Shown here piece by piece: positions 32,801 to 42,433 of a stretch of 64,000 bases of DNA. The notes beneath the pieces were generated by a model. The model was not told where the DNA came from, ran no database searches, and worked only from the letters and a program-made list of their open reading frames with translations. The stretch lies in assembly GCF_058153355.1 (NCBI RefSeq), contig NZ_CM177019.1, one strand, 5' to 3'. Made by a program: the position numbers and the translations under genes. Every line of letters begins with the position of its first letter. The first letter of the stretch is position 1.

Positions 32801-35114
32801 ACTACCGGATGAGGATGTGAAATTTACCTTGCCAGCATCTATGACAGGGAACTTCACGCTAAGTAGTGACACCGCTCGCACCGATTCAAACGGCAATGCC
32901 GTGGTCACATTGCGAGGCACAAAAGCGGGTGGGTTTACAGTGACGGCGACACTGAGCAGAAATAATACCAGTGCTAATCAGCTAGTCTATTTTATTGGGG
33001 ATACAAGCAGCGCGCAGCTCCAGCCGCTGACTGCCTCATTAAATACCATAGTTGCTGGCAACAGTACGGGGAGTACCCTGACAGCAACGATCCTGGACGC
33101 TTACCAAAATCCGCTTAAAGACCAACAGGTCACTTTCCAGAGTAACGATGTCACACTAAGCGGAACAGAAGTCACCACCAATACGCAGGGTCAAGCGACA
33201 GTAATAATGACCAGCAATATTGCCGGACAACATAACGTAGTGGTGAGCCGGAAAGCGCAATCATCCGATAATAAAACGTTTAGTTTATCAGTGCTCCCGG
33301 ATGAAAGTTCGGCGAAGATAATAAGTATAACCGGAGCCGAAAAAACGATAATGGTTGGCGAAAACATCACGCTACGTATACACGTACAGGATGCGTTTAA
33401 TAACGTCATAGCCGGTCAACGCGTCAGATTAAGTGCGCTGCCAACAGCTAACATTACGATAGACGATACGGCTTACACCGATAATAACGGCTATGCGTAC
33501 GTTAACCTTATCAGCACCCAGCCTGGGGTCTATCAGGTGACAGCATCGCTGGACAATAACAGTAGTCGTAAAGTTGACGTGAGTGTGGCAAAGGGCAAAC
33601 TCGAGTTAACATCATCGAAGCCAGAAACCACGGTCCATAACAGTGAAGGTATTACACTGACCGCAACGGCAAGAAATATTCAGGGTGAATTGATGCCGGG
33701 GCAAATTATCACCTTTAGCGTAACACCTGATGGGGCAACGCTAAGCAATACAGGGGAAATCCTGACTGATCAGTCAGGTCAGGCCAAAGTGACGCTGACC
33801 AGTGACAAAGTCAATGTATATACCGTTACGGCCACAATGGGCAAAGACGTTCCCGTTCAGAGCCAGGTGACGGTTGCGGTTAAGGCTGATGCTAAAACGG
33901 CACATGTTGTGAGTGTCGTGGCTTCTCCTGACACCATAATCGCCGACGGGGTTGATAGCAGCACCATCACTTCACGAGTAGAAGATGATTATGGATTCCC
34001 GGTTGAAGGTGTCGACGTTAGTTACAGCTTAGACACCAAAGGCAGCCCGGTGATTAATAATCCAACTACGCGTACCGATCAGTCCGGGCAAGTCACGGCG
34101 ACAATAACAGGTACATTGGCAGAAGCTCTAATTGTCAATGTTCAGGTCCCTGGCACAGTCCACAAATCCGCAGCCATTACATTGATTCCTGGTACGGCAG
34201 ATGAAAGTAAATCAACATTGAAATCTAGCGTTAGCTCTTTTATGGCTGACTTCCAGGAGAGCGCGACACTTACGTTAATATTGCAAGACAAGTACGGTAA
34301 CCCGATAGTGACGTCTGATCATCTGGAATTTGTCCAGTCAGGTGCCTACGTGAACCTCCTGAAGTTGAGCAATATTGATTACAGCCAAAGAAATTATGGC
34401 GAGTACACCGTCACTGTCACTGGCGGCGTAGAGGGCAGAGCGACTCTCATTCCTATGCTGAACGGTGTTCATCAAGCAAACTTAAGCATATCACTGGATC
34501 TTGTCCGCTCAATAAAAGACATGCACGGTCATGTAACAGTCAACAACCATACCTTCACAACGGCTACATTCCCCAGTGAAGGTTTTATAGGGGCGTACTA
34601 CACACTTAATGATGACAACTTTGAAGCGGGTAAAACCGTTAGTGATTATATGTTCACAAGTTCACAGAGTTGGGTGTCTGTCGATGCTTCAGGTAAAGTT
34701 TCTTTCACAAATACCGGCGACCAAACTTCAGTCGTAATAAGCGCTGTTCCCAGACAAGGAGGTACAACCTACCAGACATTAATTAAGCTGAAAGGCTGGT
34801 GGGTGAATCATGGGAATCAAACCAATATCTGGCTAACTGCCAATGCGTTCTGCAACGCGAAAAGTGATGGATATAATCTTCCTGGCGTCGCACATTTAAC
34901 GTCTGGCGAAAACAAACGCACGTTGGGATCGCTATATGGTGAGTGGGGGAACGTTGGGGAGTTTTCCAGTGATTCGCAATTTACCGCGGGTGATTACTGG
35001 ACCAATCAACAGGATGATTACAATAGACACGTCTATGTGCAGATGCTGACGGGCAGGATTGGAAGCGACGCAGATTCCAGCGCTCAACTAACTGCCTGCC
35101 GTAAATCACTTTAA
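29874..35114 (+). CDS. Inverse autotransporter adhesin (intimin/invasin family, type Ve)
   Basis: 1746 aa; LysM-like segment; beta-barrel domain with intimin-like motifs (GAEYWRDY, ERPANGWD, EQYYGD, LAGSRYDLIDRNNNIVLEYRKKE); about a dozen Big_1 Ig-like repeats; C-terminal C-type-lectin-like domain. Confidence 0.85.
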   Translation: MASTNAQQIKNNDQNSLCGLGDKIRRLAAGVCLFTQIFFPVIATAQNVVHAKPQMTVSSPPPLTENKTVPYTLGALESAQSVADRFGISLEELRRLNQFRTFARGFDNVRQGEELDVPATTSQRSHELQNAVSPANAENTLENQIASTSQRVGTLLSQGMNSEQASSMARGWASSEASGTMTDWLNNFGTAKISLGVDEDFSLKNSEFDFLHPWYDTPDYLLFSQHTLHRTDDRTQINTGLGWRYFTPSWMSGINLFFDHDLSRYHSRAGLGAEYWRDYLKLSSNAYIGLTGWRSAPELDNDYEARPANGWDLRAEGWLPAWPHLGGKLVFEQYYGDEVALFDKNDRQSNPHAITAGLNYTPFPLLTLSAEQRQGKQGENDSRFAVDLTWQPSSSMQKQLNPDEVAGRRSLAGSRYDLIDRNNNIVLEYRKKELIRLSLLDPVKGKSGEIKSLVSSLQTKYALKGYKIDAAALESAGGKVSTSGKDITVTLPGYRFTNTPETDNTWPIDVTAEDVKGNLSHREQSMVVIQAPALSQKDSLLSVNPLTLAADKKSTTTLTVTAHDSDGTPVPGLALQTRSEGVQDITLSDWTDNGDGSYTQMLTAGTTSGSVTLTPQLNGESAVKESIVVNIVPVVSSRDHSSISIDNILYYAGDDIKVRVELKDDKNKPVEYQEDALVKAVTVENSKPGATVVWHEEHPGVYAANYPAHKQGAALRAQLSLHNWNTPLQSHIYNIEANQNKAHVATLSATNNDVYADKKTFNTITINVTDESDNPLRNHQVTFKNEKGSAEFVEPTQQNTDAHGVATINMISQVAEENTISATLPNGSTQRVTAKFVSDSNTPKLKQLVAAPDTISAGNSQGSTLTATVTDFHNNPLKDMKVNFVAPTDSQLDNTTATTDQSGIARVHLTSSKAGNYTVDASLEADKNIHQSVTVTVVPNREQSVIILNAGSGSTIANNTDTVTLTASVKDVYGHSLPDEDVKFTLPASMTGNFTLSSDTARTDSNGNAVVTLRGTKAGGFTVTATLSRNNTSANQLVYFIGDTSSAQLQPLTASLNTIVAGNSTGSTLTATILDAYQNPLKDQQVTFQSNDVTLSGTEVTTNTQGQATVIMTSNIAGQHNVVVSRKAQSSDNKTFSLSVLPDESSAKIISITGAEKTIMVGENITLRIHVQDAFNNVIAGQRVRLSALPTANITIDDTAYTDNNGYAYVNLISTQPGVYQVTASLDNNSSRKVDVSVAKGKLELTSSKPETTVHNSEGITLTATARNIQGELMPGQIITFSVTPDGATLSNTGEILTDQSGQAKVTLTSDKVNVYTVTATMGKDVPVQSQVTVAVKADAKTAHVVSVVASPDTIIADGVDSSTITSRVEDDYGFPVEGVDVSYSLDTKGSPVINNPTTRTDQSGQVTATITGTLAEALIVNVQVPGTVHKSAAITLIPGTADESKSTLKSSVSSFMADFQESATLTLILQDKYGNPIVTSDHLEFVQSGAYVNLLKLSNIDYSQRNYGEYTVTVTGGVEGRATLIPMLNGVHQANLSISLDLVRSIKDMHGHVTVNNHTFTTATFPSEGFIGAYYTLNDDNFEAGKTVSDYMFTSSQSWVSVDASGKVSFTNTGDQTSVVISAVPRQGGTTYQTLIKLKGWWVNHGNQTNIWLTANAFCNAKSDGYNLPGVAHLTSGENKRTLGSLYGEWGNVGEFSSDSQFTAGDYWTNQQDDYNRHVYVQMLTGRIGSDADSSAQLTACRKSL

Positions 35115-35132
35115 TTTCTGAAGTAGTTATTA

Positions 35133-35163
35133 AAGGATACCCTTTTGCGAGGGTATCCTTTCA
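35133..35163. terminator. Strong hairpin after the inverse-autotransporter gene
   Basis: aaaggataccc / gggtatccttt stem with ttttgcga loop, 19 bp after the stop. Confidence 0.55.
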
Positions 35164-35185
35164 GACTCATGACAAAAGCCAAATT

Positions 35186-35290
35186 GCCTGATGCGCTACG
35201 CTTATCAGGCTTACACTATCTCTCTAATATATTGAATTTTTATGCTTTTGTAGGGAGCGCAAGGCGTTTATGCCGCATCTGGCACGAGCA
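35186..35290. repeat. REP/BIME palindromic units
   Basis: gcctgatgcgctacgcttatcaggc and gtaggg...gccgcatctggc units. Confidence 0.6.
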
Positions 35291-35294
35291 AACA

Positions 35295-35867
35295 TTAATC
35301 AGCTCTTTTCTTCGGGCACTCAAGAAACTCAACAGCAACCGTTGATGTCAGCCAGACCCCGTTTTCCGCTTGCCAGAAAGGGATGCCTCGTTTCGCCATT
35401 TCCTGTGCTTTGACGGTTAAAATAACCGGCGATCCGTGTCTTGCTCCCACTTTGCGTGCCGTTGCTTCATCAACAGAGAGATGCACGTAATGACGCTCTC
35501 CTGGAATCAGCCCTTGTTTTTTTATCTCGTCAAGAAAGCGGCTTGCCGTACCGTGGTAGAGAAACTGTGGCGGTGTTTTTTCGGCAAAGGCAATGGCGAC
35601 CTGCGAAGTCGAATGCCCCTGAACCGCGCGAATGCACCTACTATCACTGGAATAACTAAAACGCTTTTTATCGCTGGTGGCGACAACGGTATCCAGTAAT
35701 GCACGGGTTAACCGCTTACCTGCTTTTTGTGCACAAAGTATGAGCTTATCAATATCCGCCCATCCTTCACGGTCAAGTACGATACCAATCGCCTCCGGTT
35801 TATGTCGGAGAACAAAACTTAAAAACTTGCTCGTATCCGCCAGCTCTTTTTCGTTGTACTTTGCCAT
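35295..35867 (-). CDS. kptA: RNA 2'-phosphotransferase (Tpt1 family)
   Basis: 190-aa ORF with KptA/Tpt1 core (RAVQGHS...HYVHLS). Confidence 0.9.
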   Translation of the reverse strand: MAKYNEKELADTSKFLSFVLRHKPEAIGIVLDREGWADIDKLILCAQKAGKRLTRALLDTVVATSDKKRFSYSSDSRCIRAVQGHSTSQVAIAFAEKTPPQFLYHGTASRFLDEIKKQGLIPGERHYVHLSVDEATARKVGARHGSPVILTVKAQEMAKRGIPFWQAENGVWLTSTVAVEFLECPKKRAD

Positions 35868-36116
35868 CGCATTTTCGTCCCTGGATTTTCCGTTTTTATT
35901 TACTCACGTCATTGTCACTGGATTTATGAATTTTCTGCAACGAAATCCTTCGCAGCATCTTGTTCAAACAGCGTAATTTTTCCGCTATGCAAAAAACGCA
36001 TAGCCAGAAACATACTTGCATTTTCCCCATACCCACATGGCTGATAAGGTTTTTCAGCTCCAGGAATTTTCCTGGCTCAAGCAACACACAAACACAAAAA
36101 AACAATGGGGATTGTT

Positions 36117-36800
36117 ATGACACAACAAGGGGATGCTGTAGCCGGGGAGCTGGCGACAGAAAAAGTGGGCATTAAAGGGTATCTGGCTTTTTTTCTTACC
36201 ATAATCTTTTTTTCCGGTGTTTTTTCCGGGACAGACAGCTGGTGGCGCGTTTTTGATTTTTCCGTTCTGAACGGATCGTTTGGGCAACTGCCTGGTGCGA
36301 ACGGAGCCACCACCTCATTTCGCGGCGCGGGTGGCGCGGGAGCTAAAGATGGCTTTCTCTTTGCGCTGGAGCTGGCACCATCAGTCATTCTCTCTCTGGG
36401 GATTATTTCAATTACCGATGGTCTTGGCGGATTACGCGCCGCGCAGCAGTTAATGACGCCAGTGCTAAAACCGTTGCTTGGCATTCCAGGAATCTGCTCG
36501 CTGGCGCTGATCGCTAACTTGCAAAACACTGATGCCGCCGCCGGTATGACCAAAGAGCTGGCGCAGGAAGGTGAAATTACCGAACGCGATAAAGTGATTT
36601 TCGCCGCATATCAAACCAGCGGTAGCGCCATCATCACCAACTACTTCTCTTCCGGCGTCGCGGTGTTTGCCTTTCTGGGGACGTCCGTAATCGTACCTTT
36701 AGCCGTCATCCTGGTATTTAAATTTGTCGGTGCCAATATTTTGCGCGTCTGGCTTAACTTTGAAGAACGTCGCAACCCAACGCAAGGAGCGCAAGCATGA
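36117..36800 (+). CDS. yjiH: Nucleoside-recognition-domain inner membrane protein
   Basis: 227 aa from internal Met; stop overlaps yjiG start. Confidence 0.85.
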   Translation: MTQQGDAVAGELATEKVGIKGYLAFFLTIIFFSGVFSGTDSWWRVFDFSVLNGSFGQLPGANGATTSFRGAGGAGAKDGFLFALELAPSVILSLGIISITDGLGGLRAAQQLMTPVLKPLLGIPGICSLALIANLQNTDAAAGMTKELAQEGEITERDKVIFAAYQTSGSAIITNYFSSGVAVFAFLGTSVIVPLAVILVFKFVGANILRVWLNFEERRNPTQGAQA

Positions 36801-37258
36801 CAACTCAGGTCCGCAAAAACGTCATGGATATGTTTATTGATGGCGCACGCCGTGGCTTTACTATCGCCACCACCAACCTGCTGCCGAACGTGGTGATGGC
36901 ATTTGTCATCATTCAGGCGCTGAAAATTACCGGCCTGCTCGACTGGGTGGGGCATATCTGTGAACCCGTAATGGCGCTGTGGGGATTGCCCGGTGAAGCG
37001 GCAACCGTCCTTTTAGCCGCATTAATGAGTATGGGCGGCGCAGTCGGTGTTGCCGCCAGTCTGGCAACCGCCGGCGCATTAACCGGCCACGATGTCACTG
37101 TTTTACTGCCTGCAATGTATTTAATGGGCAACCCGGTGCAAAATGTCGGTCGCTGCCTGGGGACAGCCGAAGTGAATGCCAAATATTACCCGCACATCAT
37201 TACGGTCTGCGTCATTAACGCATTGCTGTCGATCTGGGTTATGCAGCTTATTGTTTAA
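36797..37258 (+). CDS. yjiG: SpmB-like inner membrane protein
   Basis: 153 aa; ATGA overlap with yjiH; precedes iadA. Confidence 0.85.
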   Translation: MTTQVRKNVMDMFIDGARRGFTIATTNLLPNVVMAFVIIQALKITGLLDWVGHICEPVMALWGLPGEAATVLLAALMSMGGAVGVAASLATAGALTGHDVTVLLPAMYLMGNPVQNVGRCLGTAEVNAKYYPHIITVCVINALLSIWVMQLIV

Positions 37259-37270
37259 CAAGGAGTTATC

Positions 37271-38443
37271 ATGATTGATTATTCCGCAGCCGGTTTTACC
37301 CTGCTGCAGGGAGCGCATTTGTATGCGCCGGAAGATCGGGGAATTTGCGATGTCCTCGTCGCTAACGGCAAAATTATCGCCGTTGCCAGCAATATCCCTT
37401 CTGACATCGTACCTGACTGCATGGTCGTCGATCTCCGCGGGCAGATCCTCTGCCCTGGTTTTATTGACCAACACGTCCATTTGATTGGCGGTGGCGGAGA
37501 AGCTGGCCCCACTACGCGTACGCCGGAAGTGGCGTTAAGTCGTCTGACAGAAGCGGGCGTCACGTCAGTGGTTGGACTGCTGGGCACCGACTCTGTCTCT
37601 CGCCACCCGGAATCCCTGCTCGCCAAGACCCGTGCGCTCAATGAGGAAGGCATCAGCGCCTGGATGCTGACCGGCGCTTATCATGTACCTTCCCGCACCA
37701 TTACAGGTTCCGTGGAAAAAGACGTGGCAATTATCGATCGCGTGATTGGCGTGAAATGCGCAATCTCTGATCACCGCTCTGCCGCACCGGACGTTTATCA
37801 CCTGGCCAATATGGCGGCGGAATCCCGCGTTGGCGGTTTGCTCGGCGGTAAGCCTGGCGTCACAGTGTTCCACATGGGCGACAGTAAAAAGGCATTGCAG
37901 CCTATCTATGACCTGCTGGAAAACTGCGATGTTCCCATCAATAAGTTGCTGCCGACCCACGTTAACCGCAACGTACCGTTGTTTGAGCAGGCGCTGGAGT
38001 TTGCGCGCAAAGGCGGTACCATCGACATCACCAGCAGCATTGACGAACCAGTCGCCCCTGCCGAAGGTATTGCCCGCGCCGTTCAGGCCGGTATTCCGCT
38101 GGCACGCGTCACCCTCAGCTCTGACGGCAACGGTAGCCAGCCGTTCTTCGATGACGAAGGGAATTTAACCCATATCGGTGTTGCAGGTTTTGAAACGTTG
38201 CTGGAAACCGTGCAGGTGCTGGTCAAAGACTATGATTTCAGTATCAGCGATGCCCTGCGCCCGCTCACCAGTAGCGTAGCCGGTTTCCTTAACCTGACCG
38301 GGAAAGGCGAAATTCTGCCAGGCAATGACGCAGATTTGCTGGTCATGACGCCAGAACTGCGCATTGAACAGGTATACGCCCGCGGCAAACTGATGGTTAA
38401 AGACGGCAAAGCCTGCGTGAAAGGAACGTTTGAAACGGCATAA
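37271..38443 (+). CDS. iadA: Isoaspartyl dipeptidase
   Basis: 390 aa; amidohydrolase with HVHLIGGGGE metal-binding motif. Confidence 0.9.
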   Translation: MIDYSAAGFTLLQGAHLYAPEDRGICDVLVANGKIIAVASNIPSDIVPDCMVVDLRGQILCPGFIDQHVHLIGGGGEAGPTTRTPEVALSRLTEAGVTSVVGLLGTDSVSRHPESLLAKTRALNEEGISAWMLTGAYHVPSRTITGSVEKDVAIIDRVIGVKCAISDHRSAAPDVYHLANMAAESRVGGLLGGKPGVTVFHMGDSKKALQPIYDLLENCDVPINKLLPTHVNRNVPLFEQALEFARKGGTIDITSSIDEPVAPAEGIARAVQAGIPLARVTLSSDGNGSQPFFDDEGNLTHIGVAGFETLLETVQVLVKDYDFSISDALRPLTSSVAGFLNLTGKGEILPGNDADLLVMTPELRIEQVYARGKLMVKDGKACVKGTFETA

Positions 38444-38507
38444 ACGGTTGTCAGCCGCCCGAATGGACGTAGAATGCCCGCAAGGGCGGCTGACAGAGTA
38501 AAACGTA

Positions 38508-39419
38508 ATGGATGACTGTGGTGCGGTTTTGCATAATATTGAAACAAAATGGCTTTATGATTTTCTGACCCTGGAAAAATGCCGCAACTTTTCCCAGGCG
38601 GCAGTCAGTCGCAACGTCTCACAACCCGCATTTAGCCGTCGCATCCGCGCGCTGGAACAGGCAATTGGCGTTGAATTGTTTAACCGCCAGGTGACACCTC
38701 TGCAACTCTCGGAACAAGGGAAAATCTTCCATTCGCAGATCCGCCATCTGCTGCAACAGTTAGAGAGCAACCTTGCAGAACTGCGTGGCGGCAGCGATTA
38801 CGCGCAACGTAAAATCAAGGTAGCCGCTGCACACTCTCTTTCTCTCGGTCTTTTACCGTCAATTATCAGCCAGATGCCGCCGCTCTTTACCTGGGCGATT
38901 GAAGCCATTGATGTTGATGAAGCGGTCGATAAACTGCGTGAAGGGCAAAGCGACTGTATTTTTTCCTTTCATGACGAAGATTTGCTGGAAGCGCCGTTTG
39001 ACCACATTCGCTTATTTGAATCTCAATTGTTCCCCGTCTGCGCCAGTGACGAACACGGAGAAGCACTTTTTAACCTCGCACAGCCACACTTTCCGTTACT
39101 GAATTACAGCCGCAACTCCTACATGGGGCGATTGATTAACCGTACCCTGACGCGCCACAGTGAGTTAAGTTTCAGCACCTTTTTTGTCTCGTCGATGAGC
39201 GAGCTTTTAAAGCAGGTTGCCCTCGACGGCTGTGGGATTGCCTGGCTGCCGGAGTACGCCATCCAACAAGAAATTCGCAGCGGGAAGCTTATCGTTCTGA
39301 ATCGGGACGAACTGGTGATCCCGATTCAGGCCTATGCATACCGGATGAATACCCGTATGAATCCCGTGGCCGAACGCTTCTGGCGCGAACTGCGCGAGCT
39401 GGAGATTGTGCTTAGCTGA
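38508..39419 (+). CDS. hypT: LysR-type hypochlorite-responsive regulator
   Basis: 303 aa; N-terminal LysR HTH; position after iadA. Confidence 0.85.
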   Translation: MDDCGAVLHNIETKWLYDFLTLEKCRNFSQAAVSRNVSQPAFSRRIRALEQAIGVELFNRQVTPLQLSEQGKIFHSQIRHLLQQLESNLAELRGGSDYAQRKIKVAAAHSLSLGLLPSIISQMPPLFTWAIEAIDVDEAVDKLREGQSDCIFSFHDEDLLEAPFDHIRLFESQLFPVCASDEHGEALFNLAQPHFPLLNYSRNSYMGRLINRTLTRHSELSFSTFFVSSMSELLKQVALDGCGIAWLPEYAIQQEIRSGKLIVLNRDELVIPIQAYAYRMNTRMNPVAERFWRELRELEIVLS

Positions 39420-39804
39420 CATTCTCCAGCGTCGCACTACACCAACCGCCACTATCCCAGACCAGATCATACGTTAGCGGTTCATCGTCGTGGTGCAGCA
39501 TTATCTCAAGGCTGATCGCCAGAGTGTGGCTGTACGCTTCTTTCAAATTGACCTGCAACGCCGCAATCCGAGGCTCATGAAATAACAGTGCAGAACGTAG
39601 TTGACGGCAATACCAGCTCTGGAGATGTTTGTCGCTCTGGTTATGCACTTGCCACTCAGGCATACCTGAAACAAGTAATGAAGGTAATGCCGAATGAGGA
39701 GAATTAAAAAGAGTGAGGAGATCGCTGCATACCGATTTACGCAGTGATAACGTTTTATTGCCTGATATTTCAGGTGAAACAGCCTGAAGTGATTGGCGCA
39801 TCAT
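39412..39804 (-). CDS. iraD: Anti-adaptor protein stabilising RpoS
   Basis: 130 aa from MMRQSLQAV; convergent with hypT, 3' ends overlap by 8 bp. Confidence 0.85.
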   Translation of the reverse strand: MMRQSLQAVSPEISGNKTLSLRKSVCSDLLTLFNSPHSALPSLLVSGMPEWQVHNQSDKHLQSWYCRQLRSALLFHEPRIAALQVNLKEAYSHTLAISLEIMLHHDDEPLTYDLVWDSGGWCSATLENVS

Positions 39805-40475
39805 TTTGCGCACTCCTGACGTTTAGCAACATATGTGGCTTGCCCTGAATACCGGGCACCACTGTATTGATGCTCATTTTCCATAGCCATTCCCTTTTGT
39901 TCATTACATCCATGTCAGTCTGAGACAGGCCTGAATCCTGTCAGCAAAGTATAAAACCTTACTTGCCTATGAATATCTACTGACTTTTCAGGAAAAAAGT
40001 CATGATTTGATAAAAATCATCAAACTCAAAAAAAAACTGCTAGTATATTCTGAATATTCCGAATAGTTACGTAGATGAAAATACTTGTCACCGCCGCTAC
40101 TTAATCCCGGCGGGACATTATTTATTTTCGTATAATCAACCATGTATTATTTGAAACAATTAGTTTGTAAATAATATAAATTGATAACATATCAAATACA
40201 TCAAAAACACCATTCACAGGCATTATTAATATAGACATCAATATAACAACATCAAATTCCAATTAGTAATAAGATATGCTTTTTAATTGCATGCAAATAA
40301 TTTTAAATGAGCGTTTTTTGATACTTTAGAGTGTTTCCCACCCTTTAATATGACCGTGTAGAGTTGATATCACTACAACAGAAACATGCATGTCATTTGT
40401 TTACTTCTCTTTTTACTACAGAAAAATTTATCTATTTTTCTAAGCATCAGTGAAATACTCATAAAGGTAACTATT

Positions 40476-41306
40476 ATGTCTATGCCATTAAGCAATACCG
40501 CTAATAACCAAATCTATACAAATAATCACTTCCTTCATCATCCAAAAGTCGACAATAAGTTAACACGTGAATATGAATATGCACGCATGGATACGGGAAA
40601 TATCTATCTCCTGCCTCTTACTCGTGGCAATAACCATAATTACGATGGAAAAAGCGTTGTCGAAATTAGAAAACTTGATATTAGCAAAGAGTCCTGGCCA
40701 TTTAATTATGTGACAGAAACATGCAGAGAATTCAATGGTATTACAACAACAGGACGTATGCTCTATCGAAACTTGAAAATCACCTCAGCTTTAGACGAAA
40801 TATATGGTGGTATATGTAAAAAGGCGCATGCTGCCACAGAGTTAGCGGAAGGATTACAACTAAATTTATTTATGAAGAGCCCTTTCGATCCTGTTGAGGA
40901 ATATACAGTTCATGAAATAACATTAGGCCCTGGTTGCAATGTTCCAGGTTATGCTGGAACCACGATAGGATATATTTCAACCCTTCCAGCTTCTCAGGCA
41001 AAAAGATGGACCAATGAGCAGCCAAGGATTGATATCTATATTGATCAGATAATGACGGTAACAGGGGTAGCAAATTCTTCCGGATTCGCCCTTGCCGCAT
41101 TACTTAATGCTAATATTGGAATGGGAAATGACCCAATAATTGGTATAGAAGCTTATCCAGGTACCGCGGAGATCCATGCAAAAATGGGATATAAAGTTAT
41201 CCCCGGTGATGAAGATGAGCCACTCAAACGCATGACTCTGCAACCGTCATCTCTTCCAGAACTGTTTGAATTAAAAAATGGTGAATGGAATTATATTGGT
41301 AAATAA
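40476..41306 (+). CDS. yjiC: Uncharacterised protein YjiC
   Basis: 276 aa from MSMPLSN; AT-rich; position between iraD and uxuR. Confidence 0.75.
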   Translation: MSMPLSNTANNQIYTNNHFLHHPKVDNKLTREYEYARMDTGNIYLLPLTRGNNHNYDGKSVVEIRKLDISKESWPFNYVTETCREFNGITTTGRMLYRNLKITSALDEIYGGICKKAHAATELAEGLQLNLFMKSPFDPVEEYTVHEITLGPGCNVPGYAGTTIGYISTLPASQAKRWTNEQPRIDIYIDQIMTVTGVANSSGFALAALLNANIGMGNDPIIGIEAYPGTAEIHAKMGYKVIPGDEDEPLKRMTLQPSSLPELFELKNGEWNYIGK

Positions 41307-41446
41307 CCACTGGGAAGAATGAGTACTAATATTCAGGTTATACAGATAGTTAAACAATACCCTGCAATTTACAAAGTAATACTCATTGCAACTTCTTAAT
41401 TTAAGAAAGCGCAAGGAACGTTTACCCTTGCGCTTATCATAATAAG

Positions 41447-42220
41447 TCAGGCGTCGACTTTATCCAGCGGCCATGAATCAAACAGATAGCCATCAAAATA
41501 AATATCGTCAACGTTCGAGAATTCAAGCAGACGTTGCTTCACGTTTTCCAGATGCTGCCACATTGCCAGCTTCGCCGCTCGGGCGTCTTTTTTGATTAAC
41601 GCGGCGAGGATCTGTTTGTGATCGCCCAACCACTCTTTGCGATACAGGCTGTCATCCAGATGGCTGTGCAATTGGATCCACATTGGATTGTTTTCCCGCC
41701 ACTGCCAGGACTGACGGAATAGCTCCACCAGCATGCTGTTATGCGTCGCTTCGGCAATGGCGAGATGGAACTGCATGTCACCGCTTTCGCTGCTGCCCGG
41801 TGCACTGGAAGCCAGCTCACGCTCTTCCAGTTGCAATGCCTGACGCATTTTGACGATATCTTCGCGGGTAGCCTGCAGGGCGGCAAATTCCGCGATGTTA
41901 CTTTCCAGTAACTGACGCGCCTGTAACAGCTCAAAAGGACCCGCATCATTGCAAACGTTGGCATCCGGACTGTCTGTGTTGTGGCTGCCTGAGCTATCAA
42001 GAACATATATACCGGCACCCCGGCGCACTTCCACCAGCCCTTTGATCTCCAGCATGATCAGCGCTTCACGTACCACCGTCCGCGTGACATCAAGCATTTC
42101 TGCAATTTCACGCTCCGGCGGCAGCCGCTCGCCAGGATTGTACGGCGTCTTTATGATCAGATCGCGGATCATCGCCCCGACTTCCTGGTAAGGTCTTTGC
42201 GCAGAGGTGGCAGATTTCAT
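41447..42220 (-). CDS. uxuR: GntR/FadR-family repressor of hexuronate genes
   Basis: 257 aa; GntR HTH; upstream of uxuBA. Confidence 0.95.
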   Translation of the reverse strand: MKSATSAQRPYQEVGAMIRDLIIKTPYNPGERLPPEREIAEMLDVTRTVVREALIMLEIKGLVEVRRGAGIYVLDSSGSHNTDSPDANVCNDAGPFELLQARQLLESNIAEFAALQATREDIVKMRQALQLEERELASSAPGSSESGDMQFHLAIAEATHNSMLVELFRQSWQWRENNPMWIQLHSHLDDSLYRKEWLGDHKQILAALIKKDARAAKLAMWQHLENVKQRLLEFSNVDDIYFDGYLFDSWPLDKVDA

Positions 42221-42257
42221 GGTGTTGTGTCCGTTAGGTGCAGTTAATCAAATTTTT

Positions 42258-42291
42258 GCCGGATGCGTCGTGCACGCCTTATCCGGCCTAC
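42258..42291. repeat. REP element
   Basis: gccggatgcgtcgtgcacgccttatccggcctac, canonical REP-like palindrome. Confidence 0.75.
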
Positions 42292-42433
42292 AACGGGCGA
42301 TTTTACGGCCCCCGTCAATCTCAAACTATACCATTAGCACTGGAAGTTAGCACGTACAGGTGGGCAAAAAACGAAAACTGGTCAACCAAATATTATTTTG
42401 ATTGACCAGTAAGTCTGTTGGGTAATCAGTCAG

